The translations under genes and the position numbers were made by a program. Source: Octopus vulgaris (Eukaryota). Taken from it: DNA of 64,000 bases. Location: assembly GCA_951406725.2 (NCBI GenBank), contig OX597832.1, forward strand, positions 68,200,001-68,264,000, given 5' to 3'. Numbering within the stretch: the stretch's first letter is position 1; each line of letters opens with the position of its first letter. Positions 56,492 through 64,000 of this stretch are shown one piece after another. Under the pieces are notes generated by a model that had not been told where the DNA came from, made no database searches, and saw only the letters and a program-made list of their open reading frames with translations.

Positions 56492-57144
56492 GTAGGTAGG
56501 TAGATAGAGTGTTTACTTGTCCGTTGAATATAGCAGGAGATAAACGAGTTGGTAACACATACACCCCAAAACCAGAATTGCAACAACCCCCACCCTATCT
56601 GTGTGCTTGCATCATGTATAGCACATACTTATTTATGTGCCATTAAATATACCGTGAATCATCCGATATAACAGGTAACAATAGAAAAAGCATATACGAA
56701 ACGAATTTTGTAGCTGTTGTGGACTGCTAAAATTAATGGCTTCAAATTTTGGCAAATTATGCCTGAAATATCGTGCTCCACGAGAACCCGCCTCTACAGA
56801 GTTTACCAAATGCTGTGTTAAAGCAAACGTTTCACATGTTAAGACGACTGGGTTTTCTATCAAAAATCTGAACGCGAACATGACGCGTATACAGAAAAGT
56901 TTCGAACACTTTGTATTGTTTATGAGAAGCAAATTGGGAAGACAGAAGTTAAGTCTGTGTGATTCTCGGATAGAAAAACGTTAAGAAAAGACACGGATAG
57001 GAGAGGAAATTATTACAGGTATTCAATAGTTATCCACTTCATAAATATGAATATTGAACGCTCCTTTATTCCTTATGCCTCACAGCACACACACATACAC
57101 ACACACATATACGCACACTCACGTATATACACTCGTGTAAATGA

Positions 57145-57178
<34 letters not shown>

Positions 57179-58672
57179 TTATCTATGTGTATCGTTAGAT
57201 CAGTGTTAGATTGTCAGAAATTGCGAAGTTCTTATTTTATCTGGCGAACTATTTAGTTCATCTCGCTTATTTTACGATAATTTTAGCGAGAAATGGCCAA
57301 TTTATAGAACCGTAGAATCGAAATTCTCCACCTCATCACGCGCGCACACACTCCTACTTTTTCACTTTGCGAAATTATATTGCATTTCCATTTTGGAAAA
57401 ATAAATAAATAAATACATTACCATCTAGCATTACATAAAAACAATAATATATACCTACCTAGACAACCAACCAAATGATAGGTATTTATTTTTGTTTATT
57501 TTCGTATGTTTTGTCCCACCACCACCTTTTTATCAGCATCGTAAGCTATTATTGGTTAGATTGTCTCGTCTGCTTATTTTCTCGATAGCCATTGAAACAA
57601 TAGCTAGAGGACAGAATGAAGTGATTCTTATAAAGTAACAAACGTCTTTACAATTCTCAGCTGCTAGCAACAGGCCATAATTGCTGAGACAGCTATTTAT
57701 AACGTTTCTGGACTTTTTGCTTTTGTATTACAAAGCATTGAAGCAAAATGTATATTGAGTGCATTCATTTGAAACTAGTCGGCCAGTATGTAATGTTCTC
57801 GCAGACAAACAATTCTTCACTCTAAATAAATGGTTTAAAGATTCTTTCCTCAAGTGTATTTCTGACTAGGTCTATTAGATTTTTTCAAGAACGTCTTTCT
57901 ATTACAAGTTGCTACAATAATTGTATTCGGTTTTCACAGCTCAAACAACTTTTATCGTGACTTAAAATTATAAGTGCCGCGTCTCCTTCTATCAGAAATG
58001 TTTCCCCTTCCCCGTTACGCAATAATATTGAACTTTGCATTCTGACAACAGATATAGAAATGATGTGGTCGGTCTACTAGCTAGAAATAACAGCCAGATA
58101 TCTTCTAAGACTACGAATAAATGAATATTGAATAAAAACAAGTAAAACAACAAATTACTTGGAAACTAAATATGTATTGTGTCTGAAAATATAACATGAA
58201 GGTCATGGCGAGAAATCCTTATCTTATTGATATGAAACAACCTAGGGCTGAACAACAACTTTGATTCCCATTGATGCATACCAAATGTGCACATGCGAAA
58301 ACATGTGCGTATATATACATGCACACGTACACACATATACGCACGCAGACACAGGAAACAACGTGCTAAAGATTCAAATCGTAGCAAAATATAATGATGA
58401 TGATGATGACGACGACGACGATAACGATGATGATGATGATGAGTCATTCTACAAAAGGCACAAGGCCTGAAATTTTGGAGTTCGTGGTTATTTGATTGCA
58501 CAACGGATATTTGTATCACAGTATGTTTCGTTCTTTGTAAAACACCTTTGATAGTTCCTCTTTATATTATATATATGGATATATACATGGGTTCAAAATA
58601 AACATGTGTGTGTGTGTGAGTGTGTCTGTATGAGTGTATTTGCATATATGCTAGCAGATATGTATGAATGAA

Positions 58673-58708
<36 letters not shown>

Positions 58709-59387
58709 TGTATGTATATGTATGTGTGTGTGAAACTAAGACATTTCTTGTGCACATTTTCATGTTTGGTTTTTATTTTGTGCATTTTTATTCGTCTATT
58801 TGAATTGGCTATATATATATGTGTGTGTTTGTGTGTGTGGGTATAATGTATATACATATATATTTATATATGTACATTGTATACATACATATATATGTGT
58901 GTGTGTGTATGTGTATACAATGAATATATATAAATATGTATGTATGTGCGTACGTATGTAGTTCTCTTCTACTTAGTTCATTGGATTTGCTTTGCTTCTG
59001 CTAAATTGATGACAACAATAACATCTGCAAATTCTCTGCAATTATTTTTTTACTAATTGCAGTCAGTTCTTGTTAGAGAAACACAATAATTTGTATGTTT
59101 GAGAATGTGTGAGTTTGTGTTTGTATTTTGATATGTGTGTGTGTATGCGTGAATGTGTATGTGTGTGTATGTTGATGTGTGGTGAGTGAGACGATGGGTT
59201 GGTGGATTTGTATTCACCGATTACTGAGAAGACATCTCGCCAAGTATGTGATGGCAGCCATCTCGACTAAACAAGATGTCTACTAACTAAATTATATTAC
59301 CAAAAATAAACATTAACAATAATAATGATGATAATAAATTCAAAGGTAACACTAGTTATAGTGATAACGATGATGAAAAATATTATA

Positions 59388-59425
<38 letters not shown>

Positions 59426-60059
59426 ATAATTGTATATCCCAATATTACAACTTCACAATTTCAGTTAAATTTGATAAAGTTGACAACATTAAATACGAAA
59501 TCTAATGCTTTAAATTCAATTTATTCAATTTAGAAATCTTCACTAAGCAATGCGTTACAGTAAGTCCAGTATTTGAGAGTTGGGGGAAAAAATGCTTCAT
59601 GTGAAGATGGCAACGACTTTTTCCTTCTTTTTGTTTTGATTTTTTTTGGGTGTGTGCAATAATTTTAAATTTCCAAATTACAAAAATATATTGATATAAA
59701 TACTTTTCTTTCTTTAGTTGCTTTTATTTTCTTCCTCAATAGAATTTTATCTAGCAGAACCAATAACAAAAATAAAAACATCTTATTATAAATAAGCACA
59801 TTTCCAGACATTTCGGTCGACGCACCAGTCTCTTATTGTGAATGTAGCTCTTGATTAATACTGAATGTTTTCAACAGAGGAGAAATTAAAAATAGATAAC
59901 AAACAATGTTGCCTAGCGCTAGATTTGAGCTGAGAATGTTCATATTCGTAAAAAAAAAAGAGACAATTTGTCTGACATACCACTGAGTCTGTAATTTGCA
60001 AAATGCTGGTGACCACAATAATAACAATATTTTGTTCTAATATAGGACGAATGTAAATA

Positions 60060-61136
60060 CTTGTGAGGATTGATTCCATACTAAATTGTTACTATATTTT
60101 ATCGAGTCCTGAAAGATAAACAGCAGAAATTTACCTCGGTGAAATTTGAACTCAGACCGTAAAAACCCGAAAAAATCCTGTGTAACATTTTCTCTTTTTC
60201 TTGTTCCAATTCTTTAGCGATTTTGCTGGCTCACCTGCTTGGTTACTTTCTAAATTAGGAACAGCTCCAATAAATTTTTCGGGAGGGATTTCGTCATTAC
60301 AATTGACCTCACCTCTTGGCTGATATTATATTTAATCAAATCGAAAGGGTGAAATGTGAAGTTGTACTCAGCGGGATTTGAACTAAGAAGATAAAGACTT
60401 GCGACAAATGCTATCACACATTTGCCCCGATGCTCCAAACCTACCAACTGGTTGCCTTCAAATAACTGTTTCTAATTTTGGCATGACGTCAGCAGTTTGA
60501 GGAGAGGGGTGTAGCTGATTCCATCGCTCACAAAAGGATGGAAGGTGACGGAGATATCGGGGGAATTTCAACTTCGAATATAAAACACCTGACACAAATA
60601 ATGAGAAACATTTTCACATTCGATTAAATAATTCCACCATCTCACTCATAATAATGATAATCCTTTCTGCTAAAAGCATGAGGTCTGAGATTTGTGGGGA
60701 GGAGACTAATTGATTACATCGACCCCAGTACTCAACTGGTACTTAATTTATCGACCCCGAAAAGATGAAAGGCAAAGTCGACCTCAGCGGAATTTGAACT
60801 ATGAACGTACGGATGGACGAAAAGCCGCTAAGAATTTTGCCCGACGTGCTAATCATTCTGCCACCTCACCGCCTTTTACCGTAGTCATAAAAATAATAAT
60901 AATAATAATAATAATACAGTCTACTATAGGCACAGGGCCTGAAATTTCGAAGGGGATTAATCGATCACCTCGACCTCCCCCCCCCCCAGTATTCAACTAC
61001 TGCTTAATTTATCGACCCCGAAAGGATGAAAGGCAAAGTCGGCCTTGGTGTAATTTGGACTCAGATCGTAGCGACGGGCAAAATGCTGCTAGGCTTTTTT
61101 TCGGCTTGCTTTCGATTCTGCCAACACGCCGCCTTG

Positions 61137-61191
<55 letters not shown>

Positions 61192-61375
61192 TTATTATTA
61201 TTATTATTATTATTATTAAAAAGGCGGTGGGCTGGCAGAATCGTTAGCACACCGGACAAAAATGCCTTGCGTCAATTCGCCCTCTTTTACGTTCTGAGAC
61301 CAAATTTCACCGACGTCGACTTTGCCTTTCACTCTTTCAGGAATCGATGTAATCCACTTACTCCTCCCATGTACC
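60060..61375. mobile_element. Cluster of SINE family B copies (about five on the minus strand, one on the plus strand at 61222)
   Basis: Repeated ATCGACCCCGAAAGGATGAAAGGCAAAGTCG and ATTTGAACTC motifs; best copies at 60660-60875 (-), 60920-61135 (-) and 61222-61350 (+). Confidence 0.82.
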
Positions 61376-62155
61376 AAAATTTGAGAACCCCACTACAACT
61401 ATTACTACTATGACTACTACTGCTCTATTCAAAAATGTCAAAGCTCTTAGGTTTTGTATCTATTTAGATTGACCTTTTCAAAAAATTAGCAAGAATCACT
61501 CAAAAGCTTCATTTCTAGCAATGGAAGAATAAAAAGAGAAAAAATTTAGCTATTTATGGATGAAATCAATTAATATGCGAGTTTAAAAAATATTTTTCTT
61601 TCTTTCCATAAAAATTTCCTCAGATTCAGAAGTCTGCGTCGAATTTTTTCTCCTTTTACACTTTAAGCCAAAGTGGCCGGCTTTTATGATTGTATTTTCC
61701 ACTTAGTGTGTGCGTGTATGTGAAAATATATATACATATGTGTACGTATGTATATAATTGTATATATATATATATACACACACGCATATTTATATACATC
61801 TGTAAATATATGTGTGTATGAATGTATGCATATTTGACTTATCATTATTATTAAAGATGTCATTTGCATCAGCATCATCATGTTCATCATTATGTTAAAA
61901 ATCATTAATAATAATCAATATAATTTTTGTACTCTTAATTATTATTATCGTCAGTTTTTTTGGTTTTGTCCAAACATTTCACATTTTTATATTTAAAATG
62001 AATACATACATATATAAATACTTATAAATATGCATGTATGTTTATGGATGTGTGTGTGCGTATGTGTATATCTGTGTGTATGTCTGAATAAACATACATA
62101 CGTATATAATTCGATTCGTTTGGTTTCGTTTCGTTTCTTCTTCTTCTCTAAGCTG

Positions 62156-62211
<56 letters not shown>

Positions 62212-63174
62212 TATGTGTGTGTGAGTGTGAGTGTATGCGTGTGTAGAAGCTCCAATAATTTCGACGTCATTTATTTTGCAGTTTTTACATAATTTTGTAT
62301 GTTTGTCTTGTGGTTTAACAGAATTTTTGTTATTATTATTTTTGTGTGTGTGTCTTCTATCTGCAGAATCAATTATTTACAGTTTCATCTTAATCTCTTC
62401 CTACCCCGTCCGCCCTTCTCTTTCTCACTCATTTCATAAAATCAGACGGTAAAATTAAATTAGATTATAGATAAGAATCACAGAAACTATTTCATTTTTA
62501 AAATGAGATGTCCAAAAATATAACAAAATATTGTGTCTAAATATGACAACAAAATGATATATATACATATATATAAAATCAAAACTAGATATGATGGGAG
62601 CGATATTCATGGAAATAAATCTTCTTCGTATCAACTGTAAGGTTTCTAATTAAAAATAAGTGGAATCTTGTATGTAGATAGTAACGGATTCAGTAGTATT
62701 CTACTGGTTCCAGAAGAGAAGGGACAATATCTTTTAAAAATAGGAACTATAACTTTCAATAATTATGGAAACAACTGCTACTATTTGAAAAACATGGAAT
62801 AGGTTTTTTCACCCTCCATCATTAACTTTATCTCTCTTTCATTCTTTTCATAACCGGTGTTGGTTTGTTTATGTCTCCGTAACGTTTCGGCCAAAGAAAC
62901 CCGATAGATAAGTACCAGATTTATAAAGAAAATATTTTGCGGTCGATTTGTTCAACTATGTAAGGTGGTGCCCCAGTATGACCGCTGTTCATCAAAAGAA
63001 GGCAAATAAAAGAGCAAAGAAAATAACACAACCCCAGCATGGCCAGTACCGCTGTGCACGAGTTATTACGAAAATTGGAACAAGTAATTTTTTCTTATTC
63101 TTTTATGTTTCTTGGGAGCCAGGAGAACGTTATCAAAAATTCACCAGAGAATCAGAGAGAACGCAGTGCGCATC

Positions 63175-63460
63175 GCAGCCAATCGTATACGCCTATACTC
63201 GTTTATCACGGGTGTTAGGTTAAAGAATAAAAACATCGCGTTAAATAAATCAGTAATTACTGGATATTAGGACGTATGGGGAAATGTGTATCGTGCAGAC
63301 ACTTTGAGTTGTCCTGAGTTAATACTCAGAATTAACTCAGGATTAATGGTGTGCAGCGGACGAAAATTGTATTGAAAGACGCTCTACTATAAGGTAAGAC
63401 CTTTTTTGCTTTTTGAGTCTAGTGATGATTCGTTGTTTGTGAGATTTATTTTTTGTACAG
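63175..63460 (+). promoter_or_regulatory. Candidate promoter / non-coding first exon with a 67-nt GT-AG intron
   Basis: GCAGCCAATCG CCAAT box at ~63175 in relatively CpG-rich, microsatellite-free DNA; AAG|GTAAGA donor at 63394; TTTTTTGTACAG|G acceptor at 63460; no spliced ORF. Confidence 0.25.
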
Positions 63461-63823
63461 GCAAGGAGTTCTCACTGGATTCTGAGCTTTTGGTCTGTCT
63501 GCGGTAGAGCAGTGTGTTTTTCTCACGTAGCTGTGAGAACTGCTGTCTGGAAGTGTGTTTCGCTTACAAATTAATTTAATTTGAGTGTTGCATTATTCTC
63601 AATTATTTGCGAGAACTGTGTTTATTTGCCGGCGTGGAAGTCTTTTTGAAAAATAATTTCAAGGAATTACACAAGGATTAAAAAAGCTGTGAAGGCCAGG
63701 ATTACCGTGTGACTGAAAAATATTTGTCTTTGCTGCAATTGGAACTCTCGTTCTCCTGTCGTTTATTTGAAAAAACCTGTATTGAACTGTTTATTTTTTC
63801 TTCCCTTTTTGTTATAAAATAAA

Positions 63824-63937
63824 GAAGCTTGCTTCCCAACCACAATGTTCCGGGTTCAGTCCCACTGCGGGGCATTTTGGCCGAGTGTTTTCTGGTATAG
63901 CCTCGTCTGTTTTTGTCCCCTCATCATCGCTTGACAA
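63824..63937 (+). mobile_element. SINE family A fragment
   Basis: GCTTGCTTCCCAACCAC..CCGGGTTCAGTCCCACTGCG; a tail fragment also lies at 62853-63010. Confidence 0.75.
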
Positions 63938-64000
63938 TTAATGAAGCATAAAAATCAGATCAGGCTTGAATTTGATTGCTTAATATATTCTTATTCGTTA

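Noticed and set aside
59803-59842. GGT..ACC-GAAATGTC hammerhead-like string (minus)
   Set aside because: The 5' core does not match CUGANGA and stem II is only 3 bp.

Overview
AT-rich, microsatellite-saturated animal genomic DNA with no supportable host protein-coding exon. The tRNA-headed SINE families and TA/TAGA/ATT tracts resemble octopus (cephalopod) sequence; this is inference from repeat style, not a database hit. Almost all ORF-track entries are translations of microsatellites. Real coding remnants are all transposon-derived: an apparently uninterrupted Penelope-like (PLE) reverse transcriptase ORF running off the left edge (minus strand, missed by the ORF track), a decayed second PLE with a GIY-YIG domain, a mariner transposase 5' fragment, a CR1/L2-type LINE remnant and an RTE-type LINE remnant ending in three C2H2 fingers. 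The most interesting signal is non-coding: about six minimal type-I hammerhead ribozyme motifs of the PLE kind. One is nearly intact (40511-40558); the others are decayed or variant. Most sit in short elements next to TA tracts, several with fold-back structure, including a head-to-head pair of tRNA-headed SINEs whose bodies carry a hammerhead core. All calls were made by eye and none were verified computationally.
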